Positions 1 to 9,217 of a stretch of 64,000 nt of DNA are shown here, in pieces. Under the pieces are notes generated by a model. It saw only the letters and a list, made by a program, of their open reading frames with translations, ran no database searches and had not been told where the DNA came from. Position 1 is the stretch's first letter, and each line of letters begins with the position of its first letter. Both the position numbers and the translations under genes were made by a program. The stretch lies in contig JAWKZZ010000008.1 of the NCBI GenBank assembly GCA_041395785.1, positions 1,471 through 65,470 on the forward strand, read 5' to 3'. This DNA comes from Pseudomonadales bacterium. Its GTDB lineage: Bacteria > Pseudomonadota > Gammaproteobacteria > Pseudomonadales > UBA7239.

Positions 1-311
1 ACATCGCCCGCGCCGATCACTCCGCCTTCACCCGTAGAGTCACGGTGCGCCACTTCACCTTGGTAAACAATCGTCACGGTTTCAAAACCACGATGAGGAT
101 GCTGTCCCACACCGCGCCGCGCTGTGGTGGGTGAAAACTCCATAGGGCCTGCGCGATCCAACAATAAAAACGGGCTAATTTCCGCGCCAAATGTGTTGTA
201 AGAAAACAAGGAGCGCACAGGGAAACCATCGCCCACCCAGTGTTGTGCGGGTGCGTCGTGAACAGCTAACACTCGTTTTAGTACAGACACCGTAGCTCCT
301 GTTGATTGCAT
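1..311 (-). CDS. pirin family protein (5' part; gene runs off the left edge)
   Basis: Not in the ORF track because it is truncated. Manual minus-strand translation from ATG 311..309 gives MQSTGATVSVLKRVLAVHDAPAQHWVGDGFPVRSLFSYNTFGAEISPFLLLDRAGPMEFSPTTARRGVGQHPHRGFETVTIVYQGEVAHRDS. HPHRGFET is the pirin cupin signature. AGGAGG lies at 317-322. Confidence 0.8.
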   Translation of the reverse strand, partial: MQSTGATVSVLKRVLAVHDAPAQHWVGDGFPVRSLFSYNTFGAEISPFLLLDRAGPMEFSPTTARRGVGQHPHRGFETVTIVYQGEVAHRDSTGEGGVIGAGD

Positions 312-403
312 ACACACCTCCTGATTTCTTAGGGCGCGCCTGCTTGAAACACGCACAGCCATCACGCGATACTCTAGCGCGTTACCTCACCCGATGCACA
401 ACC

Positions 404-1825
404 ATGCTCAACGCCCTGCAATCCTATTTTTTCCACACCCGCCGCCTGTTGCTTTCACACCTATTTGAAATGGTGTTGTCGCTGGCTGCGCGCTGGTTGA
501 GCCGCACGCCGCCCAAGAAAAAACACGGCATCACTGAAGCATTACAACACCCGCAACGCCCAGAAGATTTTGCGCCCTTGGCACAAGAAAACTTCACGAA
601 TCCGTTTCCCTACTACCAAATGCTGCGCGATCAGTTTCCGGTGTACCGCTTGCCGCATACGCGTTTTTGGTTGGTGTCGCGCTACGAAGATATTGTGAAT
701 TTGGCGCGCGACACCGAAGTCTGTTCCTCACGCATCACTGAAATTTTGGTCAGCGGCAAACCAAAATCTATCGACAAAAACACACCTTCGCTGGCTGAGC
801 GTTTAGGCGCATGGGGTGTGGTGCCAGTGGATGTGCTCGCCGTGCAAGACCCGCCAATACACAGCGCCGAGCGCAAAATTGCGCACAGCGGTTTCAACGC
901 CCATTTTGTGAAAGCACTGGAACCGGAAGTGCAAAAGCTGTGCGATGAAATGCTAGATGAGCTGCTGCCACAAGGTTCATTTGAATTTGTGCAGCAATTT
1001 GCTTGGCGCTTGCCGATGCGGCTCATTATTCGTCTGCTCGGTTTGCCAGAAGAAGATTACGAACAAATAAAAAGCTGGTGCTGCGACAATATTCGTCAAC
1101 TGAGCGGCGTGATCACGCGCACAGAATCTCTAAAAACAGGCTGTTCCAGCGCGCAATTTGTACGCTATTTGTGGCGACACTATCTGCGCATGAAGAAAAA
1201 TCCACCGAACAATTTCACCGGCACTTTGATACGCGAAGCGAATGATCCCAACAGCATCATGACGGATCAACGCGCCATTTCTACGCTATTTCAACTATTG
1301 ATTGCCGGCTCCGATTCCTCCGCCAGCTCCATGGGCAATGCACTGCGCATGTTGGCACTGAATCCAGCTATCGAACAACAACTGCGGCGCGAACCTGAAA
1401 AAATCAACGACTTCATTGAAGAAGTGTTTCGCTTGGAATCGGCCTTCCAAGGGCATTTTCGTCTGACAAAAAAAGAAATCTCCCCGCACGGCGTCACCAT
1501 TCCCGCCAACCAGCGCGTATTTTTACTGTGGGCTTCCGGCAATCGCGACGAGCGTTTTTGGGAACAGCCAGACGCTATTGACCTCAACCGCCCCAACGGA
1601 AAAAAACATCTCACTTTTGGTCACGGCGTACACGCCTGCATTGGCCGCGAATTAGCGCGCATGGAAATTCGCATCGTGATCAGCAGCTTGCTCGCACGCA
1701 CAACATCCTTTGCGATTTGCGGCGATACGCCATTTGAAGCCAGCATGTTTGCGCGCACGCTGCTCGCACTGCCGTTGCGTTTTGAATTAACGAGCAAAGA
1801 AACTATCAACAAACCACACACATAA
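404..1825 (+). CDS. cytochrome P450
   Basis: Heme loop FGHGVHACIG, I-helix AGSDSS, ExxR (EVFR). The track ORF starts at TTG 302, which would overlap the divergent pirin start and RBS, so I chose the first ATG at 404. The start is uncertain (470 is also possible). Confidence 0.85.
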   Translation: MLNALQSYFFHTRRLLLSHLFEMVLSLAARWLSRTPPKKKHGITEALQHPQRPEDFAPLAQENFTNPFPYYQMLRDQFPVYRLPHTRFWLVSRYEDIVNLARDTEVCSSRITEILVSGKPKSIDKNTPSLAERLGAWGVVPVDVLAVQDPPIHSAERKIAHSGFNAHFVKALEPEVQKLCDEMLDELLPQGSFEFVQQFAWRLPMRLIIRLLGLPEEDYEQIKSWCCDNIRQLSGVITRTESLKTGCSSAQFVRYLWRHYLRMKKNPPNNFTGTLIREANDPNSIMTDQRAISTLFQLLIAGSDSSASSMGNALRMLALNPAIEQQLRREPEKINDFIEEVFRLESAFQGHFRLTKKEISPHGVTIPANQRVFLLWASGNRDERFWEQPDAIDLNRPNGKKHLTFGHGVHACIGRELARMEIRIVISSLLARTTSFAICGDTPFEASMFARTLLALPLRFELTSKETINKPHT

Positions 1826-1851
1826 AAAAACCTGCCGCAGCAGGTTTTTTC
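1824..1851. terminator. bidirectional rho-independent terminator
   Basis: Hairpin cctgc-cgca-gcagg (1831-1844) is flanked by A7 (1824-1830) and T6 (1845-1850). It serves the P450 gene (+) and the secG-tRNA-Leu transcript (-). Confidence 0.7.
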
Positions 1852-1876
1852 TCGCCGACTTCGTCGGACTATTTAA

Positions 1877-1961
1877 TGGTACCCGAGGCCGGACTCGAAC
1901 CGGCACAGCTTGCGCCACTACCACCTCAAGGTAGCGTGTCTACCAATTCCACCACCCGGGC
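1877..1961 (-). tRNA. leuU: tRNA-Leu (anticodon GAG)
   Basis: The minus strand reads GCCCGGGTGGTGGAATTGGTAGACACGCTACCTTGAGGTGGTAG...GGTTCGAGTCCGGCCTCGGGTACCA. It has the anticodon loop TTGAGGT, a long variable arm and an encoded CCA. It sits directly 3' of secG, as E. coli secG-leuU does. Confidence 0.93.
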
Positions 1962-1967
1962 TAAAAA

Positions 1968-2399
1968 TTATTTTCCTTTCGATGTTTCAGGCGCTGCGGG
2001 AACATCCGCCGCCGGTGTTGTCGTTTCTGGCGCTGCAGGCGCATCACCCGCTGGCACCGTTTTTTCTACCGCAGGCGCTGCGTTATCTACAGGCTGCTTA
2101 GCATCTTGGTTGTGCTGCTCAATCACAGCTGCGGAAGGAATGCCCTCTTCACTGCGACCGCCACCGGCTTTGTTTTTAGCCAACATCGCCAAACCGAAGC
2201 TAGTAACAAAAAATACAGCGACCAAAATGGCGGTGGTGTGGCTGAGAAAATTGCCGCTGCCGGTGCTGCCGAACAGGGTCTGCGAGCCGCCGCTGCCGAA
2301 AGAAGCGCCCATTTCGGCTCCTTTGCCCTGCTGCAACAAAATGAGCGCCACAATGGCGACGCTCACTAAGATGTGTAATGCAATAATTATCGGTTCCAT
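1968..2399 (-). CDS. secG: preprotein translocase subunit SecG (with Pro/Ala-rich C-terminal extension)
   Basis: 143-aa ORF with a SecG-typical N-terminus, MEPIIIALHILVSVAIVALILLQQGKGAEMGASFGSGGSQTLFG. Conserved tpiA-secG-tRNA-Leu context. Confidence 0.9.
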   Translation of the reverse strand: MEPIIIALHILVSVAIVALILLQQGKGAEMGASFGSGGSQTLFGSTGSGNFLSHTTAILVAVFFVTSFGLAMLAKNKAGGGRSEEGIPSAAVIEQHNQDAKQPVDNAAPAVEKTVPAGDAPAAPETTTPAADVPAAPETSKGK

Positions 2400-3166
2400 G
2401 CTTGTTCCGCTGCGTTAATGATGGCGCAAAACTGTTCGGGATCGAGTGCTGCGCCGCCCACCAAGCCGCCATCGACATCTGGCTGGGCAAAAAGAAGTCG
2501 CGCATTATCCGCTTTCACACTGCCCCCGTAAAGCACAGGCAGCACGGCGCTGTGATCGGCTTGCTGTTCAGCCCACACACGGCGAATAAAGGCGTGCACC
2601 GCCTGCGCCTGCTCCGGCGTGGCCGTGTGGCCGGTGCCTATCGCCCATACCGGCTCATAGGCCACCACTAGCTGCTGCAACTCCTCCGCCGCCAAATGGT
2701 GCAGCACTGCGTGTAGTTGGCGAGCGATCACCGTTTCCGTCACGCCCGCTTCGCGCTCAGCGAGCGTTTCACCAACACACAAGACCGGCACCACCCTCGC
2801 CGCCAATGCCTGCCGAATTTTGGCGACTACTTGGTCATCTGTCTCGGCATACAAAGAGCGGCGCTCTGAGTGACCAACCAACACATAGCGGCAATCGAAA
2901 TCCGCCAGCATCGCTGCCGCCACTTCGCCGGTGTAAGCACCCTGCGTGTGCTCACTCACATTTTGTGCACCCCAGTGAATAGCCGTACCTTTCAATTGCT
3001 CGCGGCACAGCGCCAAATACGGAAACGGCGCACACACTGCCATTTGCGTGTGCGCAATGTTTCTTGTGCCTTGCAGCAAAGCCTGCAGCAACGCGCTGTT
3101 GCTGGCTTGCGTGCCGTGCATTTTCCAATTACCGATCACCATCGGCTTGCGAGATGGATGCGTCAT
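2387..3166 (-). CDS. tpiA: triose-phosphate isomerase
   Basis: VIGNWKMHG, LVGHSERR and YEPVWAIGTG motifs. ATG 3166 (MTHPSRKPMVIGNWK) has GAGGA upstream. The longer track start at 3196 would overlap glmM. Confidence 0.92.
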   Translation of the reverse strand: MTHPSRKPMVIGNWKMHGTQASNSALLQALLQGTRNIAHTQMAVCAPFPYLALCREQLKGTAIHWGAQNVSEHTQGAYTGEVAAAMLADFDCRYVLVGHSERRSLYAETDDQVVAKIRQALAARVVPVLCVGETLAEREAGVTETVIARQLHAVLHHLAAEELQQLVVAYEPVWAIGTGHTATPEQAQAVHAFIRRVWAEQQADHSAVLPVLYGGSVKADNARLLFAQPDVDGGLVGGAALDPEQFCAIINAAEQAWNR

Positions 3167-3176
3167 CAATAAATCC

Positions 3177-4520
3177 TCAGGCCAATGCTTTTTCAACCAC
3201 GAGCGACAATTCGGTCGCCAAAGGCTTCACCACACCCAGTTCAGCGCCTTCCACCATCACCCGCACCACCGGCTCTGTGCCAGACGGGCGCAGCAACACG
3301 CGCCCCTTTCCACCTAATTTTTCTTCCGCTTGCTGCACGGCTTGCGCAATTACCGGGTATTCGTTGAGATCAAATTTTCTGCAGGCGCGCACATTGATCA
3401 TCACTTGCGGAAACTTGCGCATACCGCGACGCATTTCTGCCAATTTTTTGCCACTGTTGCGCAGCGCCAACAACACCTGCAGCGCCGACACCACGCCATC
3501 ACCCGTGGTAGTGAAATGATTGCAAATAATATGACCTGACGATTCGCCGCCGAGGTTCCAACTATTTTCTTGCATACCTTCAATCACATAGCGATCGCCA
3601 ACACGCGTGCGCACGAAAGGAATATTGCGTTCTTGCAGAGCCAACTCAAAGCCGAGATTGCTCATCTGCGTGCCGACCACACCTTTGCACATGCCGCGCT
3701 GCTGTTGATCGCAAGCGATAATAAATAGCAATTCATCGCCATCCACTAACTCGCCCGCATGATCGACAAACAACACGCGATCGCCATCGCCATCAAAAGC
3801 AATTCCCAAATCGGCCGCGTGCTCTAAAACGGCGCGCTGCAATTCACTGGGATGCGTAGAGCCGCAATTTTGGTTGATATTCAAACCGTCTGGCCTGCTC
3901 GCCAATTCAATAACTTCTGCGCCCTGCTCGCGCAACACATTGGGCGCGATGTGATAAGTGGCGCCGTTAGCACAATCCACCACGATGCGCATACCGCGCA
4001 AATGAAAAGTAAACGGCGTGGTGCTTTTACAAAATTCAATGTAGCGGCCCGCCGCATCCGCAATGCGTTTGGCTTTGCCGAGCAGCGTAGGATCTTCAAT
4101 CTGCATCGGCTCTTTCAACTGCGCTTCAATTTCCAATTCCACTTCATCCGGCAACTTTCTACCCTCGGCAGAAAAAAACTTGATGCCGTTGTCTTCATGC
4201 GGATTGTGTGAAGCGCTGATCACAATGCCAGCCTGCGCGTTAAAAGTGCGCGTGAGGTAGGCAATCGCCGGCGTGGGCATCGGCCCCAACAAACCGACAT
4301 TCACACCTGCACTGATCAAACCGGCTTCCAGCGCCGACTCAAACATATAGCCAGAAATGCGCGTGTCTTTGCCGATCAAAATCAGTTTGTTGCCGTCGTT
4401 GATATGGCGTGCAAACACTTTTCCCGCCGCCCAACCCAAACGCAACATAAAATCCGGCGTGATGGGGTATTCCCCCACGCGACCACGAATGCCGTCGGTA
4501 CCAAAAAATTCTCTGCTCAC
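3177..4520 (-). CDS. glmM: phosphoglucosamine mutase
   Basis: 447 aa. FGTDGIRG N-terminus, active-site SASHNP, GDGDR loop. Confidence 0.95.
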   Translation of the reverse strand: MSREFFGTDGIRGRVGEYPITPDFMLRLGWAAGKVFARHINDGNKLILIGKDTRISGYMFESALEAGLISAGVNVGLLGPMPTPAIAYLTRTFNAQAGIVISASHNPHEDNGIKFFSAEGRKLPDEVELEIEAQLKEPMQIEDPTLLGKAKRIADAAGRYIEFCKSTTPFTFHLRGMRIVVDCANGATYHIAPNVLREQGAEVIELASRPDGLNINQNCGSTHPSELQRAVLEHAADLGIAFDGDGDRVLFVDHAGELVDGDELLFIIACDQQQRGMCKGVVGTQMSNLGFELALQERNIPFVRTRVGDRYVIEGMQENSWNLGGESSGHIICNHFTTTGDGVVSALQVLLALRNSGKKLAEMRRGMRKFPQVMINVRACRKFDLNEYPVIAQAVQQAEEKLGGKGRVLLRPSGTEPVVRVMVEGAELGVVKPLATELSLVVEKALA

Positions 4521-4535
4521 GACTCAAAATCCTTG

Positions 4536-5381
4536 TTAATTTTTTTCATGGATGGCTCGCCATACGCTCACCATATCAACCGTTTCTGCCACATCGTGCA
4601 CGCGCAAAATACGCGCGCCGCGATCCAATGCTATTTGTGCCAACGCCAGCGAAGCCGATAGGCGCTCCTGCACGGGTTTGCCGCTCAGTTTACCGGCTAG
4701 CGATTTGCGTGACAGCCCCACCAACATAGGACAAGGCTCTTGCGCCAATACATTTAATTGCCGCAGCAAATCGACATTGTGCTCCAGCGTTTTGCCAAAA
4801 CCAAAACCTGGGTCCAACACGATATTTTCTGGCGCGATACCCGCTTGCACCACCTGCGCCACACGCGCTTGCAACCAGTCGCGCACATCAACCACCACAT
4901 CGTCGTAGTGCGGATTTTCCTGCATATTTTCCGGCTCACCCTGCATGTGCATCAAGCACACCGGCAAGCCTGTCTGCACGGCTGCCTGCAGCGCACCTTC
5001 ACGCCGCAGCGCACGCACATCGTTAAGCATCCCCGCGCCGCGCGCAGCCGCTTCACGCATCAAGTGGGGGTTACTGGTATCAACTGAAATCACCACATCC
5101 AAACGCGCCGCAATCGCCTCCACCACCGGCAAGACGCGATCCATTTCTGCTTGCGAGGAAACCGGTTGCGCGTTCGGACGCGTGGATTCGCCACCGATAT
5201 CCAACACGCGCGCACCGTCGGCCAACATTTTTGCAGCGGCGCGCAAACAGTGATCGAGCTGCGAATGATTTTGACTAAAAAAAACGCCGCCATCAGAAAA
5301 TGAATCGGGCGTGATATTGAGGATGCCCATGACCACCGGGCTGGATAAATCCAGCTCACGGTTAGCACAGCGCAATTTCAT
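4536..5381 (-). CDS. folP: dihydropteroate synthase
   Basis: 281 aa. MGILNITPDSFSDGG and DIGGESTRP motifs. Conserved ftsH-folP-glmM order. Confidence 0.93.
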   Translation of the reverse strand: MKLRCANRELDLSSPVVMGILNITPDSFSDGGVFFSQNHSQLDHCLRAAAKMLADGARVLDIGGESTRPNAQPVSSQAEMDRVLPVVEAIAARLDVVISVDTSNPHLMREAAARGAGMLNDVRALRREGALQAAVQTGLPVCLMHMQGEPENMQENPHYDDVVVDVRDWLQARVAQVVQAGIAPENIVLDPGFGFGKTLEHNVDLLRQLNVLAQEPCPMLVGLSRKSLAGKLSGKPVQERLSASLALAQIALDRGARILRVHDVAETVDMVSVWRAIHEKN

Positions 5382-5422
5382 GGGAAAATAATTTCGCGAA
5401 AAAAAACAAACCAGCGCGACGC

Positions 5423-7348
5423 TTAATGCTCGCCCGCTGGCCCGCCTATCGGTGTCACATTATTGGGGGGTGTTTCCGCTGCCGCTTTTTCTACTTCGTT
5501 GCTACCGCCAGCAGCTCCGCCACCCGCCGATGTATTGTGCCAATCGCGCGGCGCTCGCACGGCGCGACGCGCCATCAAGTCATCCACCTGTTCGCTGTCT
5601 AAGGTTTCATATTCCAGCAGCGCATTTTTCATCGCTTCTAAAATGTCGGTATTGGCATTCAACAAATCGGTGGCGCGCGCATAACTCAAATCAAGAATGC
5701 TTTTGATTTCGCTGTCGATCAATTCCGCCGTATGCGCAGAAATATTTTTCTCACGAAACCCTTCGCCATCGCGCGCGTCGTAATCCAACGCACCCAGCTT
5801 TTCTGACAAACCGTAATTCACCACCATCGCGCGGGCGATGCTGGTTGCCATTTGAATATCGCTGTACGCGCCAGTGGAGACACCGTCCGCGCCGTAAATC
5901 ATTTCTTCTGCGATTCGACCGCCGTACGCCGTAGCAATATCACTCATCAACTTGCGCTTGCTGGTACTGATGCGATCCGCCTCCGGCAAAAACCAAGTAA
6001 TACCCAGTGCGCGACCGCGCGGGATGATGGTGACTTTGTGAATTGGATCGTGTTCCGGCATCAAATAGCCGACGATGGCGTGACCGGCTTCGTGATACGC
6101 CGTCATAGTTTTTTCTTTTTCTGACATCACCATCGATTTGCGCTCGGCGCCCATCATGATTTTGTCGCGCGCTTTTTCAAACTCTTCTGTCGTTACCAAA
6201 CGGCGATTGCCGCGCGCCGCAAACAGCGCCGCTTCGTTCACCAAGTTGGCGAGATCCGCGCCGGAAAACCCTGGCGTGCCGCGCGCAATCACAGAGGCGT
6301 CTACCGCTTCATCCAGCGGCACTTTGCGCATATGCACTTTCAAAATTTGTTCGCGACCACGAATATCCGGCAGCGCAACATGCACTTGGCGATCAAAACG
6401 ACCGGGGCGCAGCAGCGCTTTATCCAAGACATCAGGGCGGTTGGTGGCGGCGATGACAATCACGCCTTCACTGCCTTCAAAACCATCCATTTCTACCAAC
6501 AATTGGTTCAGTGTTTGTTCGCGCTCGTCGTTGCCACCACCGTGACCACCGCCGCGATGGCGACCCACTGCATCAATCTCGTCGATAAACACGATACACG
6601 GCGCTTGTTTCTTCGCCTGTTCAAACATATCGCGCACCCGCGATGCGCCGACACCGACAAACATCTCCACAAAATCCGAACCGGAAATTGAAAAGAACGG
6701 CACTTTCGCTTCGCCAGCAATTGCTTTGGCTAACAGGGTTTTACCCGTTCCCGGTGGACCAGACATCAATACGCCGCGCGGAATTTTTCCGCCCAGTTTT
6801 TGAAAGCGCGATGGATCGCGCAAAAATTCCACTAACTCGCTGACATCTTCTTTTGCTTCATCCACACCGGCCACATCAGCAAAGGTGGTTTTGATTTGAT
6901 CTTCCGACAGCAGACGCGCTTTGCTTTTGCCAAAACTCATCGGTCCGCCTTTGCCACCCATGCCGCCCTGCATCTGGCGCATAAAAAACATAAACACGCC
7001 GACGATCAGCAACACCGGCAATATGGCAAAGAAAATTTGTTGCAACAAACCGGGTTGCTCCGGTTCACGCCCTTCAACTTTGACATTGTTGCTGAGCAGG
7101 TCATCCATCAAATGCGTATCCAGCACATTGGGGCGCACGGTTTGAAATTCCGTGCCGTCTTTCATTTCACCGTTAATTTTTTGGCCGTCGATCACCACCG
7201 ATGCCACACGCTGCTGCTGCACTTCTTGGATAAAGGCGGAGTAGTCGAGTGCGCTGGCTTGTTGCTGCGGCGTGAGATTGCGGAATGCCGACATCAGCAC
7301 AAACAAAATTGCGCCCCACACCAACAAATTTCTGATCGTATCGTTCAA
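5423..7348 (-). CDS. ftsH: ATP-dependent zinc metalloprotease FtsH
   Basis: 641 aa. Walker A GPPGTGKT, the AAA second region of homology, zinc site HEAGHA. Confidence 0.97.
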   Translation of the reverse strand: MNDTIRNLLVWGAILFVLMSAFRNLTPQQQASALDYSAFIQEVQQQRVASVVIDGQKINGEMKDGTEFQTVRPNVLDTHLMDDLLSNNVKVEGREPEQPGLLQQIFFAILPVLLIVGVFMFFMRQMQGGMGGKGGPMSFGKSKARLLSEDQIKTTFADVAGVDEAKEDVSELVEFLRDPSRFQKLGGKIPRGVLMSGPPGTGKTLLAKAIAGEAKVPFFSISGSDFVEMFVGVGASRVRDMFEQAKKQAPCIVFIDEIDAVGRHRGGGHGGGNDEREQTLNQLLVEMDGFEGSEGVIVIAATNRPDVLDKALLRPGRFDRQVHVALPDIRGREQILKVHMRKVPLDEAVDASVIARGTPGFSGADLANLVNEAALFAARGNRRLVTTEEFEKARDKIMMGAERKSMVMSEKEKTMTAYHEAGHAIVGYLMPEHDPIHKVTIIPRGRALGITWFLPEADRISTSKRKLMSDIATAYGGRIAEEMIYGADGVSTGAYSDIQMATSIARAMVVNYGLSEKLGALDYDARDGEGFREKNISAHTAELIDSEIKSILDLSYARATDLLNANTDILEAMKNALLEYETLDSEQVDDLMARRAVRAPRDWHNTSAGGGAAGGSNEVEKAAAETPPNNVTPIGGPAGEH

Positions 7349-7382
7349 AATAAAATCCTCTCGCTACCGCCTGTCTAAAACT

Positions 7383-7441
7383 CTACACCTGAAACACTGC
7401 GCCTTAAAACACTACACCTTAAAACACTACGCCTTAAAACC
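7383..7441. repeat. 4 tandem ~15-nt units duplicating the rlmE stop-codon context
   Basis: The minus strand reads GGTTTTAAGGCGTAG|TGTTTTAAGGTGTAG|TGTTTTAAGGCGCAG|TGTTTCAGGTGTAG. The first unit is the last 4 codons plus TAG of rlmE. Confidence 0.8.
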
Positions 7442-8107
7442 TTGCGCCAGCAAATACACTTCGCGCGATCTGGCGCGAGAGGCTTGCGGTTTGCGGGTAC
7501 TCACTTTTTTGTAGCGCCCTTTTAAGGCTTTCAACAGCTCATCAAAGCCTTCGCCGTGGAAGACCTTGGTGAGAAAAGCACCGTCTGGCCGCAACACTTG
7601 CGCGGCCATCTCGCTCGCCAGTTCCACCAAGTACATGGCGCGCGGCTGATCGACGCCGGCCATACCGCTCATGTTGGGGGCCATATCGGAAATCACAAGG
7701 TCTGCCTTGCGCTCACCCAGCACCGCCAGTATCTCTGCCAACACGGCTTCCTCGGTGAAATCGCCGTGGATAAAGTCCACCCCAGCCAGGGAATCCATCG
7801 GCAAAATATCACTGGCGATTACTCGACCATGATGCCCCACCAGCGCTACCGCCACTTGTGACCAGCCACCAGGCGCAGAACCCAAATCGACCACGGTCAT
7901 ACCCGGGCGAATCAGACGATCTTTTTCCTGTATTTCCAGCAATTTGAAACTGGCACGCGAGCGGTAACCCTGCTTTTGCGCTTCTTTCACATACGGGTCA
8001 TCGAAGTGCTCTTTGAGCCAGCGGCCGCTGCTGCGCGAGCGCCCCACCTTCTTGCCAGCGGGTTTGTTTTTACCCGCAGGGCTGCCTGCGGTGGAATCGG
8101 AAGTCAT
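7427..8107 (-). CDS. rlmE: 23S rRNA 2'-O-ribose U2552 methyltransferase RlmE (FtsJ)
   Basis: 226 aa. [40 protein letters not shown] (SAM motif), VISDMAPN. Upstream of ftsH as usual. Confidence 0.95.
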   Translation of the reverse strand: MTSDSTAGSPAGKNKPAGKKVGRSRSSGRWLKEHFDDPYVKEAQKQGYRSRASFKLLEIQEKDRLIRPGMTVVDLGSAPGGWSQVAVALVGHHGRVIASDILPMDSLAGVDFIHGDFTEEAVLAEILAVLGERKADLVISDMAPNMSGMAGVDQPRAMYLVELASEMAAQVLRPDGAFLTKVFHGEGFDELLKALKGRYKKVSTRKPQASRARSREVYLLAQGFKA

Positions 8108-8194
8108 GCGTTTTTCCTGTAGCTGCGCTCATCATACCAGTTGGCTCCAGTAAAGCCGCTACAATGCGCCCCTGCCACGCACCGGACATTTACC

Positions 8195-8506
8195 ATGAGC
8201 CTCGACACCCAGACCCGCAAACAACTGAAAGCTCTCGGGCATGCACTCAACCCTGTAGTCACGGTGGCTGGCAAAGGACTATCTGACAGCGTGTTAGAAG
8301 AAATCCGCCGCGCCCTGCACGACCACGAGCTGATCAAAGTGAAATTTGCCGTCGGCGACCGCGCAGTAAAACAACAACTGATTGCCGAGATGTGCCAGCG
8401 CTGTGAGTGCGAGCTCGCGCAACAGATCGGCCACATCGCTCTGATATACAAGAAAAATCCGCAAGCCAAACTCGGTTTGAGCAATATTCGCAACAGCGTT
8501 GAGTAA
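8195..8506 (+). CDS. yhbY: ribosome assembly RNA-binding protein YhbY (CRM domain)
   Basis: MSLDTQTRKQLKALGHALNPVVTVAGKGLSDSVLEEIRRALHDHELIKVKF is a typical YhbY sequence. Divergent from rlmE as in E. coli. I preferred ATG 8195 over the upstream track start at 8141. Confidence 0.88.
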   Translation: MSLDTQTRKQLKALGHALNPVVTVAGKGLSDSVLEEIRRALHDHELIKVKFAVGDRAVKQQLIAEMCQRCECELAQQIGHIALIYKKNPQAKLGLSNIRNSVE

Positions 8507-8515
8507 AACACCCTC

Positions 8516-9211
8516 TCAACGCATCGGAATGGAAATTTTGAGTTCAGCGCCCTGAATGGTATCGAGATAATCGTTGCCGCCATTCTTTTTATCCTGACTA
8601 TTGCGGCTGGCTGTACTGTTGTCGTCGCCTTCCACAATCAAGTGTCCGCCTAATCGCACAGCGTTAGGATCACTTTTCGGCGCAAAAAAGTCTGGCATCT
8701 CTTTCTGTTTTTTCACTTCCCAGCGCGAGGTGTGGCCGTTGTACAGAGCGTCTTTTATGCGCAAACGCACGGCGTTCTTAGGCTCCGCTGTTGTTTTTTG
8801 GGTTTGCACTGGCGCCTGTGATTTAGTGTTAGCGGCAGCCACTGCTGGCTTACTAACAATCGCAGGCTTTGCCACTTCCTCCGGCTGTTTTATTGTTTCT
8901 ATTTTTTTTACATCTGTCGCGACACTAGGCACTTCGACGACTGCAGCAGGCGGTTGCGGTTGTGGCTGCGCCAAATCCACCTCACCTTCACTCACTTCTG
9001 GCGAGATAACCACCGCATCCGTTTTTTCACTCGCCAAGGGCAGCAATAAAGGCGCCTGCGGCACCGCGCCCTCCCAATGCGGCTGCACCATATTTCGCCA
9101 TTGAAAGTTCAAACTTTTTTCATATTCATGCACCGCAAACAGCAGCAGCAAAGACATCAACAACAAACCGAGAAAAATCGTCGTGCTGCGAATGACTGTA
9201 CTCTGCTGCAT
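8516..9211 (-). CDS. hypothetical membrane-anchored protein (N-terminal TM helix, Pro/Ala/Val-rich linker, ~90-aa C-terminal domain)
   Basis: 231-aa ORF starting 6 nt downstream of ygiQ on the same strand. Hydrophobic segment TTIFLGLLLMSLLLLFAV. I recognise no family. Confidence 0.55.
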   Translation of the reverse strand: MQQSTVIRSTTIFLGLLLMSLLLLFAVHEYEKSLNFQWRNMVQPHWEGAVPQAPLLLPLASEKTDAVVISPEVSEGEVDLAQPQPQPPAAVVEVPSVATDVKKIETIKQPEEVAKPAIVSKPAVAAANTKSQAPVQTQKTTAEPKNAVRLRIKDALYNGHTSRWEVKKQKEMPDFFAPKSDPNAVRLGGHLIVEGDDNSTASRNSQDKKNGGNDYLDTIQGAELKISIPMR

Positions 9212-9217
9212 CGTGGC

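Noticed and set aside
302-403. TTG-initiated 5' extension of the P450 ORF (track ORF 302..1825)
   Set aside because: It would overlap the start codon and AGGAGG RBS of the divergent pirin gene (309-322). The extension (MIAYTPPDFLGRACLKH..) has no P450-like or signal-like character.
7383-7441. Possible CRISPR-like array
   Set aside because: The units are only 15 nt and directly abutting with no spacers. No cas genes are present. It is a simple tandem duplication.
8104-8637. 177-aa minus-strand ORF spanning yhbY
   Set aside because: It is antisense to a well-supported yhbY, rich in Cys/Arg/Ser, and has no RBS. It is a shadow ORF.
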